A stretch of DNA of 64,000 nt from a virus. The stretch lies in the IMG/VR virus record IMGVR_UViG_3300027896_000013; one strand, given 5' to 3'. Below are positions 47,517 to 58,143 of the stretch, piece by piece. Each line of letters opens with the position of its first letter. Positions within the stretch are counted from its first letter, which is position 1. A program made the position numbers and the translations under genes. Under the pieces are notes generated by a model, which was not told the origin of the DNA, did no database searches, and saw only the letters and a list, made by a program, of their open reading frames with translations.

Positions 47517-49880
47517 ATGGCAACAGTTACATCACTTCGATCACCAGGTGTTCAGCTCTCTGAAATTGATCTTTCATTGAGTCCCGTTCTAAATAACGCG
47601 ACTACTGTATTTGTCCCTGGTTTCGCACCAACGGGACCGGTTAATGACTCCATCCTGGTCTCTGGCTTGACCGAGTTCCAGCAGATATACGGGCTACCTA
47701 CAAATGGCGCTGAAAGATACTTCTACCACACTGTTAGGGCTGCTTTGAATAGTCCTGCAAGTGTCGTAGTTTCTCGTTTACCTTACGGTGATTCTTCACT
47801 TTCTGCTACAGGTTCAACGATCGGTTTACTTGCTTATCCGGGTTATTGGGTTGATACTACAGATGCAGCATCCGTTACAGCAACAAGTTCTTGTACATAT
47901 GCTGCAACTGGCGGTACCTATGTTCTAGGTAAACCAGCACACTATAACCTAACCAGAGAACAATTTGACGAATTTAAACAGGGTAGCTTGTTCTCATACC
48001 AATCTGCAGGCACAACATCAGATTATCTATCTGGTGAGTCAGCACTTAACGGTTCACTCTCATCTCTCGGATTTGCAGCTCTTATTGTCGCAAATCAATC
48101 TCAATCGATTATTAACTCGATGTATGAAGGTTATTATATTGGTATTGCAGACAATACCAATCTTAACCCGGCATGTGATTTTGATACAATTGGACACATC
48201 AAGACTGTTGTAAATCACAACCAGGGTGTAACTAACTACCTTGGTGTCCCAGCTCCGCGTATTTCATTCCCACTTTCTGCTACATCCATGGGTGTTGACG
48301 GCAGCTTATCAGAACAGCTTGAAAGCAGCATCCCAAGCTTTGATATCTATAGCGGGCGCGAATTTGATGATACGATTATTGTTGGCTTATTCAAACTCTC
48401 TAAGTTTAATAGCTCTTCATCGAGCATTCAGTTGCAGTTTAGCTTAGAGGAAGGTTACGTTGGTTCTCTTGATAGCCAGCGCCAGATTAACACTGAAGAC
48501 GGTAGCCCAGCTACAAGCTTCAGCATTGAGACGGTTGTTAATAGCTCTAGCCCAAATCTGATAGTTAAGGTTAACCCTTACTTGTCTCGCATTGTTAATG
48601 GTCAAACTTATCTGCAGCCAGATGGTACACCAGCTGTGAAGATTCGCTGTGCAAATGCAACACTTAACAACAGCGCATTGTTTGCAAATAATGCTACGAA
48701 TCGCTCAACGATGATTGGTTTCGATAACAAGGATGTAGTAACTGAAATCATAGATATAAATGGTAGCACAAATGCAATCTACCCAGTAGGTTCGTATTAT
48801 TCCGCTGACATTACAGATAAGAGAATTGGAAATGTACCTCTTAAGTTGCAGACAGTTCTAGACAATCTGCTCAACGTAGACCTTTACCAGCTCAATGTTG
48901 CTTGTGAAGCAGGTCTAGGTACGGTATATGCGTGCTCTAAGACAGCCACTGCATCCGCAACTGAAGCATTCGATGATTATGCATATGTCGATGTATCAGC
49001 TCTGTCAGCATTTGACGGTACACCGGTAGTTAACGACCTTGTTACAAACTATCAGGCAGTTGTAAACACGCTGCAGAGTTTTATTGAAAACAGCGCACGT
49101 AGAGATTTGCTTGGTATTCTTGATCCGCTTACACCTATATTAGTACAGTCTAACTCGGTGAAGACAATCAAAAACATCGACTCTAACTTCACGCAGAGTA
49201 TCTTGTGGCCGCTTAAGAATCTATACGCGCCATACAATACCAGCTACCTTTGCAGCTTCCCACAGGTTGTGAGAATTGCCGATGCAGCAACTGGTAATCC
49301 AATCTGGGTACCATTCTCTGGTTACATGGCAGCGATCCTTGCGAACATGGATACATATTACACTCCATGGTCTGCACCGGCTGGATTCACTCGCGGTGTT
49401 GTTACCGGTGTATCTGATCTTGCTTACTACCCACGTCAGAAGCAACGCGATCAGTTGTATACTTCAAACTTCAACCCTGTAACGTTCTTTACAAACGAAG
49501 GTTTCGTAATCTACGGTCAGAAGACGTTGTTGAAGAGACCGAGTGCGTTTAATCGCATTAACGTCCGCCGCTTGTTCTTGAACTTGGAAATCGCAACACG
49601 CGAAACGCTCAAGTATTACGTGTTCGAACCGAACACGTTGTTCACACGCACACAGGTTATCAACTCTATTACACCTATCTTCGAAAATGCGAAGAACACA
49701 CAGGGTGTATACGATTACCTGATTATCTGCGATGAAAGAAACAATACACCGGCTGTAATCGATCAGAACACAATGATAGTTGATATCTATATCAAGCCGG
49801 TAAGAACGGCTGAATTTATCCTAGCAAATTTCTTTGCAACTCAAACAGGTGTTAACTTCCAAGAAATTATTGGTGGTTAA
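47517..49880 (+). CDS. gp18: tail sheath protein gp18
   Basis: SPGVQLSEIDLS, PWSAPAGFTRG, GQKTL, AFNRINVRRLFL, FEPN, IYIKPVRTAEFI. Confidence 0.96.
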   Translation: MATVTSLRSPGVQLSEIDLSLSPVLNNATTVFVPGFAPTGPVNDSILVSGLTEFQQIYGLPTNGAERYFYHTVRAALNSPASVVVSRLPYGDSSLSATGSTIGLLAYPGYWVDTTDAASVTATSSCTYAATGGTYVLGKPAHYNLTREQFDEFKQGSLFSYQSAGTTSDYLSGESALNGSLSSLGFAALIVANQSQSIINSMYEGYYIGIADNTNLNPACDFDTIGHIKTVVNHNQGVTNYLGVPAPRISFPLSATSMGVDGSLSEQLESSIPSFDIYSGREFDDTIIVGLFKLSKFNSSSSSIQLQFSLEEGYVGSLDSQRQINTEDGSPATSFSIETVVNSSSPNLIVKVNPYLSRIVNGQTYLQPDGTPAVKIRCANATLNNSALFANNATNRSTMIGFDNKDVVTEIIDINGSTNAIYPVGSYYSADITDKRIGNVPLKLQTVLDNLLNVDLYQLNVACEAGLGTVYACSKTATASATEAFDDYAYVDVSALSAFDGTPVVNDLVTNYQAVVNTLQSFIENSARRDLLGILDPLTPILVQSNSVKTIKNIDSNFTQSILWPLKNLYAPYNTSYLCSFPQVVRIADAATGNPIWVPFSGYMAAILANMDTYYTPWSAPAGFTRGVVTGVSDLAYYPRQKQRDQLYTSNFNPVTFFTNEGFVIYGQKTLLKRPSAFNRINVRRLFLNLEIATRETLKYYVFEPNTLFTRTQVINSITPIFENAKNTQGVYDYLIICDERNNTPAVIDQNTMIVDIYIKPVRTAEFILANFFATQTGVNFQEIIGG

Positions 49881-49940
49881 TAGGTTGCAATTGCGATTTA
49901 AATAGGAAAAGTAGATACAGCTACATAAATAATTGTACAT

Positions 49941-50486
49941 ATGGCAGACGTAAGTCAACTAATCACGGATTTTTATAAGGTAGCGCAAAATCGCGATTTT
50001 GCTCGCGATATTAACTTTCGTCTACTTTCTATTACACCAGGCGATGCATCAGCAATAACGTTTAATCAAGACGACCTTGTCTACATTAAAACCGCTACGC
50101 TTCCAGGCAGAGCGATTACAAACGTACCAGTTCCGTATATGGGACTGAAGTTTAACATTCCAGGTACCGCTTCTTATCCAGGTAGTGAATCTTACGAATT
50201 GAAGTTTTATTGTGATGCTAAATCAAGACTTCGCCAGCAATTTGAAAGATGGCAGCGTGATATATTTGACGATGCTACCTCAACTGGTAACTACTTCACA
50301 CCTAAGCAGAATTCAACGATTGACATGGTTCAGCTCGATTTCCAAAATAATCGTATTGCACAATATCAATTAGTCGGTGTCGCCGTTAACGATGTTGGAG
50401 CTCTTTCATACAACATATCAGACGGTACAGGTGCTACAATTGAATTTACTGCAAAGATCAGCTATCATTACTGGACACGGAAATAA
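49941..50486 (+). CDS. gp19: tail tube protein gp19
   Basis: ATLPG, VPYMG, PG, FERWQ, VGALSY, IEFTAKISYHYW; follows the sheath gene. Confidence 0.88.
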   Translation: MADVSQLITDFYKVAQNRDFARDINFRLLSITPGDASAITFNQDDLVYIKTATLPGRAITNVPVPYMGLKFNIPGTASYPGSESYELKFYCDAKSRLRQQFERWQRDIFDDATSTGNYFTPKQNSTIDMVQLDFQNNRIAQYQLVGVAVNDVGALSYNISDGTGATIEFTAKISYHYWTRK

Positions 50487-50535
50487 TCCGTACGATATCC
50501 GGTAGCTGTTTTATTAATACTGCATAAGTATTTCT

Positions 50536-51456
50536 ATGAACAACCCCTTCTCTTCTGCGCTATCGGAGCTCGGAAATAATATTGGCAAAATAAAATCAGG
50601 GGAGAACTCTCTTTTCGCTCCACAAGTTACCGAGCTATTTGGTTTTAATGTTCAAGGTGTACCTTTAATCAGTTCTCGAGATTACTTCCTGACTCAAATG
50701 GAGTCTTGGTTTACGTCAATACCACTTCAAACACAGTGGATAGTATTGATAAACCCATATCCTAAATGCGTTAATACTTCCATTCTCCAAGGACTTGAAC
50801 GTACGGAAGGCAATAGCAAAGCATTTGATCTAAACAAAGCTAAGAGTATATTAACATCTTACCCTCTACAGAAGGTTACAGGTTGCATTTTTGCTCAAGG
50901 TGTCAACTTACCCGCAGAGTCGTTTGATGTTGAATATGTAAACGTTGAGAACAACAGAGGTTTCACACCTGCACCTATCACATCTAAGCGTGCTAACCCC
51001 GGTCAGCTTACAATGGACTTCCTGGAAACAAATACATCGTTTACAGATTTCGTTATTAGGCCATGGATTATAGCAGGTTCACATTTTGGCTTTGTTGCTC
51101 GTGACCCAAAGGATAAAGTAGAAGCTTCAAAGAATGTAAGAACAACCGTTACAATATTACAATATACAAGAACATATCAACGCGTCTCAATGATACCTCG
51201 AAAGATATGGACCTTTTATAATTGTGCACCTATTAATATTGGAGATCAGTCTCTAACGTATGATTCTGAGGCCTTTACAGGTGGTAGAGCGTTTCACCAA
51301 ACACGCTGGGTGTATTCACACTATACAGTAGAAAATAATTTGTATCTACCTCTTGCAAATATAATTAACAGAATATCTAACGGTCAGTTACCAAGTATAA
51401 CAACGCTGCAGCAAGCAGGCGGTATAGCTGGTATTAACCCGGCTGGTTTATTCTAA
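50536..51456 (+). CDS. baseplate tail-tube initiator-like protein (gp54/gp48 fold)
   Basis: FAQGVNLP, LTMDFLETN, WTFYNCAP..IG; TAAGTA 5 nt upstream. Confidence 0.6.
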   Translation: MNNPFSSALSELGNNIGKIKSGENSLFAPQVTELFGFNVQGVPLISSRDYFLTQMESWFTSIPLQTQWIVLINPYPKCVNTSILQGLERTEGNSKAFDLNKAKSILTSYPLQKVTGCIFAQGVNLPAESFDVEYVNVENNRGFTPAPITSKRANPGQLTMDFLETNTSFTDFVIRPWIIAGSHFGFVARDPKDKVEASKNVRTTVTILQYTRTYQRVSMIPRKIWTFYNCAPINIGDQSLTYDSEAFTGGRAFHQTRWVYSHYTVENNLYLPLANIINRISNGQLPSITTLQQAGGIAGINPAGLF

Positions 51457-51602
51457 TCACCTTCTCCACCTTCATCAGGTATATCAATGTTTATATCACC
51501 ACCATCATTGAAGCCGCTATCGTTAAACATTGATTCATCAGCATTTAAACCATCGAGAGCACTTACTTGGGAGCTGGCTGGGTTTGTTCCTGGGTCACTC
51601 AT
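51453..51602 (-). CDS. unannotated 49-aa acidic late peptide
   Basis: MSDPGTNPASSQVSALDGLNADESMFNDSGFNDGGDINIDIPDEGGEGD fills the intergenic gap; TAAATA (51610-51615) 7 nt upstream. Confidence 0.6.
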   Translation of the reverse strand: MSDPGTNPASSQVSALDGLNADESMFNDSGFNDGGDINIDIPDEGGEGD

Positions 51603-51648
51603 ATACCGGTATTTATTGACTTAACCAAAACCAGCAATAATTAATTCT

Positions 51649-52476
51649 GTGAAGTTTTATAGTGAAATAACATTACCTGAGACTGGCGAAGTATGCAAAA
51701 TACAGCAAGTTCCATTCTCGGCTTATTATGAGTTGAATAAGTTCATACAGAACAATATAGACAGTCATATTGAAATTGCGTTCATAGATCTGCTTACAAC
51801 ATATACAAACAAAAAGCATTTTACTACCTTAGATGCATTCGTTGCTTTGTTGTTCATGCGTATTATTTCAGTTGGGTCTACTTTAAAATTGGTATCTGAT
51901 CGTATACAATACGAAACAAAACTGGTTGATACTCTACAACGCTTCTCTGATATAAAGATAGAACCGCAAAAAATTCAAATAAACAACGACATATTTTTCA
52001 ATATAAAGACACCAGCAAAACTGTTTAACATAGACACCGAAGATTTTATCTACAGCGTTGACGTTAAGGGTGAATGTACAATCTTAACTACCGACGAGCG
52101 AAAACAAATAATGGAAATGCTGCCAGCTACAGCTCTAGAGACTCTTATATCATATAGTGATATTGTTGAAAATATTCTCAGCAAGATATTTGTTAGAGTA
52201 GTAGATAACAACATAGCTTGCAGCTTGCAGGATGATGTACTGTTTGAACTACTTAAACTACTATACAAAGATGATATATTAGCCTGTCAAAAGAAACTAT
52301 TACAAGCTGTTCACTACTTTGGAGTGGAAGCTGAATATGTAAATAGTTTACCACCCGCAGAAGTAGATATCCTAATGAGTATAATAGAAGCTCAGGAAGC
52401 TAAAGAGAATAGTCAGAGCTCATCAGGTAGTATACCTATACCGTCAAGAGTTCATGGCAGCTCACCAGACGCTTGA
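51649..52476 (+). CDS. baseplate hub assembly protein (gp26-like, with gp51-like C-terminus)
   Basis: ITLP.TG, LTTLD...LLFMRIISVG, EYVNSLPPAEVDIL. Confidence 0.6.
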   Translation: MKFYSEITLPETGEVCKIQQVPFSAYYELNKFIQNNIDSHIEIAFIDLLTTYTNKKHFTTLDAFVALLFMRIISVGSTLKLVSDRIQYETKLVDTLQRFSDIKIEPQKIQINNDIFFNIKTPAKLFNIDTEDFIYSVDVKGECTILTTDERKQIMEMLPATALETLISYSDIVENILSKIFVRVVDNNIACSLQDDVLFELLKLLYKDDILACQKKLLQAVHYFGVEAEYVNSLPPAEVDILMSIIEAQEAKENSQSSSGSIPIPSRVHGSSPDA

Positions 52477-52506
52477 TAAAGAAATACACTGTCCTAAATA
52501 ATTTCC

Positions 52507-53244
52507 ATGAGTGATTTTAATAAAATACTGAGCGCTGTAAAGGGTGCAGTAGACAGCCAACACGTTAATATATTCGTACCATCGGCTAATAATCAAATTC
52601 TGTTCAGACCACTCACTGCAAAGCAGCAGAAAGACTTGGTGAAGACAGCTGTAGATACAAACCTAGGTGCTATTACTTTTCAGGATGCGCTCAATAACAT
52701 TCTTACGACTAATTGTCTTCTACCTCACGCTATACTCGTATCAGATCGTCAATATCTAACAGTTATGCTTAGAGCACTAACTTTAACTCCGAAGTACGTT
52801 GATAACAATGTAACTTACGATTTGCTAGCACTCAAAAACAATAATACACCGCTAGCTGATGATCTCAAGGCAAAGACTATAACCGTCTCTGATTTTATTA
52901 TTAAGTGTAAGGTACCTACTCTTAAGCAAGATTCTATCTATAACGGTGTAGTGCTTAAACAATCAGCGGAGAAAAAAGATAATGCAGAAACATTTGGTGA
53001 TCTGTTTATCTACGAAGTTCTGAAGTACGTTGAGCGTATTGAGTGTCCAAGCCTGCAAATAAATGTCGCTATGAGTGAGCTTTCTATGCATCAGCAGTAT
53101 CAACTAATAGATAGTTTACCTGCAACTGCGTACAACGAAATTGTCGACTATATAAATAGCGTTAAGACTTCTGAAGAGAGTCTCTTTAAGATTGATAACG
53201 TTACTCTCAACATTGATGTTGACCAAGGGTTCTTTACACCATAA
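52507..53244 (+). CDS. baseplate hub assembly protein gp26-like
   Basis: IFVPS...FRPLTAKQQKDL, DRQYL.VMLRA, IDSLP, C-terminal FF. Confidence 0.7.
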   Translation: MSDFNKILSAVKGAVDSQHVNIFVPSANNQILFRPLTAKQQKDLVKTAVDTNLGAITFQDALNNILTTNCLLPHAILVSDRQYLTVMLRALTLTPKYVDNNVTYDLLALKNNNTPLADDLKAKTITVSDFIIKCKVPTLKQDSIYNGVVLKQSAEKKDNAETFGDLFIYEVLKYVERIECPSLQINVAMSELSMHQQYQLIDSLPATAYNEIVDYINSVKTSEESLFKIDNVTLNIDVDQGFFTP

Positions 53245-53263
53245 TACCTAATAAGTATTATTG

Positions 53264-54997
53264 ATGGACGCCGAACTCATATTAAAAGTAGACAGAGTTA
53301 TCGAACTGCTTAGCAGTATATCTAAGTCTGCCATTGCTGCTGAAAAGAAAGCACCTAAAACTTCAGGTGCAGATGCCTTTAAGGCTAAGCTTGCAGCTGA
53401 TAAAAAAGAAAAAACAGGTGCACCTGGAAAGAGTGATAAACCACGCGAAGTTATCAAACATGACACCCTCGTTGAAGTAGATGCTTATAGTGATAATGCT
53501 AAAAAGTTCTGGAGTGAACTATTTGACAAATATTTTAAGCACGATGAATCAAAGAAGAAACCTGCTGAAGACGGTGGAAAAACTAATTGGTTAAAAACAC
53601 TCCTAACACTTCTTGGAGGAGCTCTGTTAGGAATATATACACTGTTCAAAGAAAAAATTCAACCATACTTAAAACTAGCGTGGAATGCTATTAAAGGGTC
53701 TCTTAAGTTACTCAAATCAGGTTTTAACAAAATAGTTGGCCTTATAAAAGAGGCTTGGATAGCTATCAAAGAAGGTAAGATTGGTGAACTGTTTAAGAAA
53801 ATTGGAACGGCAATAAAAAACTTCTTCGGGAAATTAAAAACAAATATTGTAAAGCAACTAGGTAAAAGTAAAGTAGGTCGCTTTATTTTGAGAGTATTTG
53901 AGTCTATCGGAGAAGCCTTTACCAAGTTTGGTAAAAGCATAATGAAGGTAGTAAAGAGTTTTAAGTCTAGTAAATCGGTAGGGGTAATAGGTAAAATTTT
54001 TAAAGCTATTGGTAAGATTTTTAGAGCGTTTGCCAAAGGTGCTAAGGTAGGTCTCAAAACTGGCGCTACAGTAATCAAAACTATCATGAGGGTTTTGAAA
54101 ATGGTATTCAAGGCTTTTGGTGGTGTTGGTAAGATACTCTGCAAACTATTACCTGGTATTAAGATGATTGGTAGAGTTATAGGTAAGCTGTTCGTACCAC
54201 TGACAATCTTAATGGCTGCATGGGATGTTGTTAGCGGTTTAATATCTACAGTTCAAAAAGAAGGTCTATCATTTACCTCTGTGCTTAAAGGTCTCGCAGT
54301 AGGCTTAATAAAAATGTTTACTCTGGGCTTCTTAGACTCAGATAAAATTCTTGGTGGTCTCAATACAGCTATAGAAAAGCTTAGTGATTGGTTTGTTAGT
54401 ATCTGGGAGTTTATAACTAACATACCTAAGATGGGTAAGAAGCTCCTTAGCAATATACCTGGCATCGGTAGATTCTTTAAAGAAGAGAAGAGCAATGAAG
54501 AAGTTCTGCAGGATAAGCTCGCAGCGCAGCAGAAGCGTAAAGGTGAAAAATCAAAAGGAGCTCCAGCAACAGAAAAGAAAGCTGAATCCGATGGAAGTAT
54601 TAAAGACCCTGACACTGGAGAGGTTTATAGTAAGCAAGATTTAGAAGGTAAACCTAAAAAGGTTGCTCAAGACTTTGTGAGTAGGCCTGGCAAAGAACCT
54701 TTATACTTCACCGGCAAGGATACTGTATTTGGAGCAAAGAGTGGAGGACCTATTGAAAGCTTGTTGGCAAAATCCGTAGAGGGTAGCCAGCAAATCGGTC
54801 AGAGTACATCGGCTGCAATTGCAAAACAGGCAGCTCTTCTTGAGATCAACAATAAATTACTGAACGATATACTCAACGTATTGAGCGCTGATGGTAAGAA
54901 GAAAGGTGGAACAGTTGTCGTATCTAGTCAAAACAATAACCTTGTTATGGGTGGAGTAATGGCACCCACAAAATTTAGAACTAACGCCGCATCTTAA
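53264..54997 (+). CDS. tape measure protein (gp29-like)
   Basis: About 577 aa with long amphipathic Lys/Gly/Phe repeats, located between hub genes; TAAGTA 6 nt before ATG 53264. Confidence 0.7.
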   Translation: MDAELILKVDRVIELLSSISKSAIAAEKKAPKTSGADAFKAKLAADKKEKTGAPGKSDKPREVIKHDTLVEVDAYSDNAKKFWSELFDKYFKHDESKKKPAEDGGKTNWLKTLLTLLGGALLGIYTLFKEKIQPYLKLAWNAIKGSLKLLKSGFNKIVGLIKEAWIAIKEGKIGELFKKIGTAIKNFFGKLKTNIVKQLGKSKVGRFILRVFESIGEAFTKFGKSIMKVVKSFKSSKSVGVIGKIFKAIGKIFRAFAKGAKVGLKTGATVIKTIMRVLKMVFKAFGGVGKILCKLLPGIKMIGRVIGKLFVPLTILMAAWDVVSGLISTVQKEGLSFTSVLKGLAVGLIKMFTLGFLDSDKILGGLNTAIEKLSDWFVSIWEFITNIPKMGKKLLSNIPGIGRFFKEEKSNEEVLQDKLAAQQKRKGEKSKGAPATEKKAESDGSIKDPDTGEVYSKQDLEGKPKKVAQDFVSRPGKEPLYFTGKDTVFGAKSGGPIESLLAKSVEGSQQIGQSTSAAIAKQAALLEINNKLLNDILNVLSADGKKKGGTVVVSSQNNNLVMGGVMAPTKFRTNAAS

Positions 54998-55005
54998 GTA
55001 TCTGT

Positions 55006-56271
55006 ATGGCCAATTACCTATGGCAATTTACAACATCGAGCAACGCCGCTGACCTCACACCGGTTATTACACCAGTGAACACCGGTACCTCTTTCACTGC
55101 TCCAATAGATGTTGTAAACGAATTTTATTGGACTAACTCTAAACTAGGTACACAAGCTGGTGGAAGACAAGAGGTACCTACTCTGATCTTAAAGGAGCGA
55201 ACTGTTAAGACCAACTCGTTCGTCGCTCAAGCTTTATACTCTACAGGTGCAATTGGTGATAGCTTAGGAGCTCTTGGAGTTGATACACCACTAAAAGATG
55301 TTGAAGCATTACTCGCTAAGGCTAAGAACGCAGTTAAAAGTGCATCAAGTGCTGTAACTGGAGCTCTTGGCAACGGTACGATCTCAGCGGCTACCTCTAC
55401 GGTTGCTGAAGAGATTGTCAAGGGTATAAGCAGCGCTCAGGATGACCCGTTGTTTCTTAAAGACCCTTGGTTAAGACCGTACAAAGGTCTGTATCTAACA
55501 GAGCCAACCGGGTGGATTTATTATCTACCGTTCATCTCAGCTAACAAATATCAATCTACATCTAACAATTGGGGTGATAGCTCTGGACAATCTGGTGGTC
55601 AAATGGTTCTTGGAGCTTATACGAGCATGATAGACGAGGGTTCTAAACTGCTTGGTGATATAGCTACAACGTTTGACGTTGGTAGTTATCAAGAAAAGCC
55701 AAAGTTTTATAACTATGACACAAACGGAGATCAGATAACTGTTTCATTCCCATTAATTAATACAGGTTCTGCAACCTACGATGATGTTGTCCGCAACTGG
55801 CAATTCATCTATATGTTGATCTACCAGAATAGACCTGAGAGGCTTACACGCAATATTGTTAACCCACCTCCAATATATGAAGCGGAGATACCAGGTGTTA
55901 GATACATGCCGCTGAGCTTTATTTCGAATATCGATGTAGAGTATAGAGGTGCTCGTAGAACGATGAAGATAACCATTCCTACAGATAAAGGACAATCTTC
56001 ATTTCAAACTATTATACCAGAAGCATATCAGTTAACTATAACGCTTAGTACGCTTCTAGGTGAATCTAAAAACTTTCTTTACGCTGCAGCTGCCAAGCCG
56101 AATAATATCACAGTATATGATATTAAAGACCTTGATGTTACATCATTAACAACACCTAACCTGAATGCAGCAGAAGCTATCGGTGCTCAGCAGTTGAAGA
56201 ATATACAACAACAGAATCTAAACCTTCCGAATAGCTTAGGTGGTTCGAACGGACAAACAATATTATCATGA
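55006..56271 (+). CDS. baseplate tail-tube cap-like protein (gp48-like)
   Basis: YYLP, ITVSFPLIN, PPPIYE, FISNIDVEY, P..YQLTITL. Confidence 0.6.
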   Translation: MANYLWQFTTSSNAADLTPVITPVNTGTSFTAPIDVVNEFYWTNSKLGTQAGGRQEVPTLILKERTVKTNSFVAQALYSTGAIGDSLGALGVDTPLKDVEALLAKAKNAVKSASSAVTGALGNGTISAATSTVAEEIVKGISSAQDDPLFLKDPWLRPYKGLYLTEPTGWIYYLPFISANKYQSTSNNWGDSSGQSGGQMVLGAYTSMIDEGSKLLGDIATTFDVGSYQEKPKFYNYDTNGDQITVSFPLINTGSATYDDVVRNWQFIYMLIYQNRPERLTRNIVNPPPIYEAEIPGVRYMPLSFISNIDVEYRGARRTMKITIPTDKGQSSFQTIIPEAYQLTITLSTLLGESKNFLYAAAAKPNNITVYDIKDLDVTSLTTPNLNAAEAIGAQQLKNIQQQNLNLPNSLGGSNGQTILS

Positions 56272-56633
56272 GCGATCTAGGACAATATCAAAACTCAATA
56301 CCTGAATTACCAACACTTGGTAACCTGAGGTATGAAAATATATTCAAGGTGTATGCGAATAAGGATGGAAAGTATTTCTATAACGTATTAACTACTGTTA
56401 TGTTTCCTAATGAAACAGATGAGAACTTATTCAATACTATAACTCTCAGCAAATCTGTACCGTGGCCTATTATAAGCTACAATGCATATAAGACTATCGA
56501 CTTGTGGTGGCTCATTGCTTTAACAAATGGTGTAAAGAACCCGTTTACATTCCCAACAGATGGTAAGATACGGATTTTAAAACCTAACTATGTTGGTGAT
56601 GTTATATCTCAAATATCGCGCTCACTGTTATGA
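56268..56633 (+). CDS. gp53: baseplate wedge gp53-like (LysM-like)
   Basis: IISYNAY...DLWWLIALTN...NP...IRILKP. Confidence 0.8.
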   Translation: MSDLGQYQNSIPELPTLGNLRYENIFKVYANKDGKYFYNVLTTVMFPNETDENLFNTITLSKSVPWPIISYNAYKTIDLWWLIALTNGVKNPFTFPTDGKIRILKPNYVGDVISQISRSLL

Positions 56634-58141
56634 TGTCGACCGTAAATCAGAATGATAAAGTAACAACAGTACTGATTAATAAAACTGAATATGATTTCAG
56701 GGTTATATTAATCAGTCCTGAGAATAGATTCTTCGTGTTCAGACCAGAAGCGATTAAAGAGCTGAGCATATGCAGCACTATTAACAATTACTACGCTACA
56801 GGGCATCTTGTCATTGATGATAGCTATGATGTGCTTGAAAGACCTGCAGGTGACGGAACAAAGCCGTTTGCGTTCCGAGGTGATTCCAGAGAGTATATTA
56901 AGGTTGAGATTACTCCTAAGCTAACGAACAATAACATAACCGCAGCAACATCAGACAAGGTTAAATCTGTATTCACTCTTGCGTATGATTTTGCGATCCA
57001 TAATATAGAAGACCTTTTAGACGCAAAGCCTAACGTCAAGTATCGCAAATTACACCTCTGGGATATGTGGCACCAGATAATGATTGAGCGTAACATTCAG
57101 TTCTCAACGTCAGAGGCGTTAACAGGTGTACCGTATAAACCTAATGTCAATAATGAGGATCGTGGAATTCCGACAGGTACAGCTATTAAGGAAGTAATTA
57201 AAAAGGCTCTGCCTGCTGATGAGGGATTTAATCCATCCTTTTCTGTCTTTGATGTTGGCAGTACTAATGTATTCTTCACATCACCAGCTAACTATAAAGC
57301 AGAGGATTGCATACAATATCTACTTGAGCGTCATGTAACATCACAAGCAGAGAACTATGATAGAAGCTTTCTCAAGATTGAACGCTATCCTAAAGCATGG
57401 TCTCTAACGAGCTTGAAGTCGCTGTTTGATCAAGCATATGACGCTGCAGGTGACGCAGGCGGTCAATTATTTCTAGAGAAGTTTATTATCGCTGGTAATT
57501 CGGACGTAACCGCATCTAATAAACTTCAAGTAATCATAAGTCGTGCACCAAAGGTAGCCGTTTATTTTGCCGACACAAACACGATTGACAACTTCAGCTT
57601 TATACCACCCGCAGGCCGAATCACACAGCAACGCGTGAATAATCGTATAGTACACAATTACGATCAAGGTTCTAAGATGTTCTCCGTAGATACTAAGGAT
57701 AATACATTCGATACTGTACAAACGGTGTACAAACAAAACTATGTAGATAGTATGAAGGGCCACAACGGCAAACCAGCTTCTAACTTAGTGGGTAACTTTT
57801 TACGCAATCAATGTAAGAATGTTGAGCATGTATACTCGACAGCATCTACACCTAATCAAAGATTAGGTGTTGGAAGAGGTGAAGCTCTCATGCAAGCGGT
57901 TCTAAATAGTAATACAATAATCTTTAGAGCAAGAGGTGCGACCTACAGAGATGCAGGTAGGTTTATAGGTATCGATCGTGATAACAGTTTACCCGATTCG
58001 ACATTTGATAGTAAGATGCTAGGTATCTATCTGATTGTTAGCGTAACTCACTCGTTCATAGGTGGTGACTATTATACAGATATGATATGCGTTAAGACAT
58101 ATAATTTTGCAGATACAGGAGAGGCTGGTCAATATATCTAA
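56630..58141 (+). CDS. baseplate hub gp27-like
   Basis: Position; C-terminal G...R.AG.FI.I, GIYLIVSVTHSF....Y.T....VK. Confidence 0.7.
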   Translation: MMSTVNQNDKVTTVLINKTEYDFRVILISPENRFFVFRPEAIKELSICSTINNYYATGHLVIDDSYDVLERPAGDGTKPFAFRGDSREYIKVEITPKLTNNNITAATSDKVKSVFTLAYDFAIHNIEDLLDAKPNVKYRKLHLWDMWHQIMIERNIQFSTSEALTGVPYKPNVNNEDRGIPTGTAIKEVIKKALPADEGFNPSFSVFDVGSTNVFFTSPANYKAEDCIQYLLERHVTSQAENYDRSFLKIERYPKAWSLTSLKSLFDQAYDAAGDAGGQLFLEKFIIAGNSDVTASNKLQVIISRAPKVAVYFADTNTIDNFSFIPPAGRITQQRVNNRIVHNYDQGSKMFSVDTKDNTFDTVQTVYKQNYVDSMKGHNGKPASNLVGNFLRNQCKNVEHVYSTASTPNQRLGVGRGEALMQAVLNSNTIIFRARGATYRDAGRFIGIDRDNSLPDSTFDSKMLGIYLIVSVTHSFIGGDYYTDMICVKTYNFADTGEAGQYI

Positions 58142-58143
58142 CT

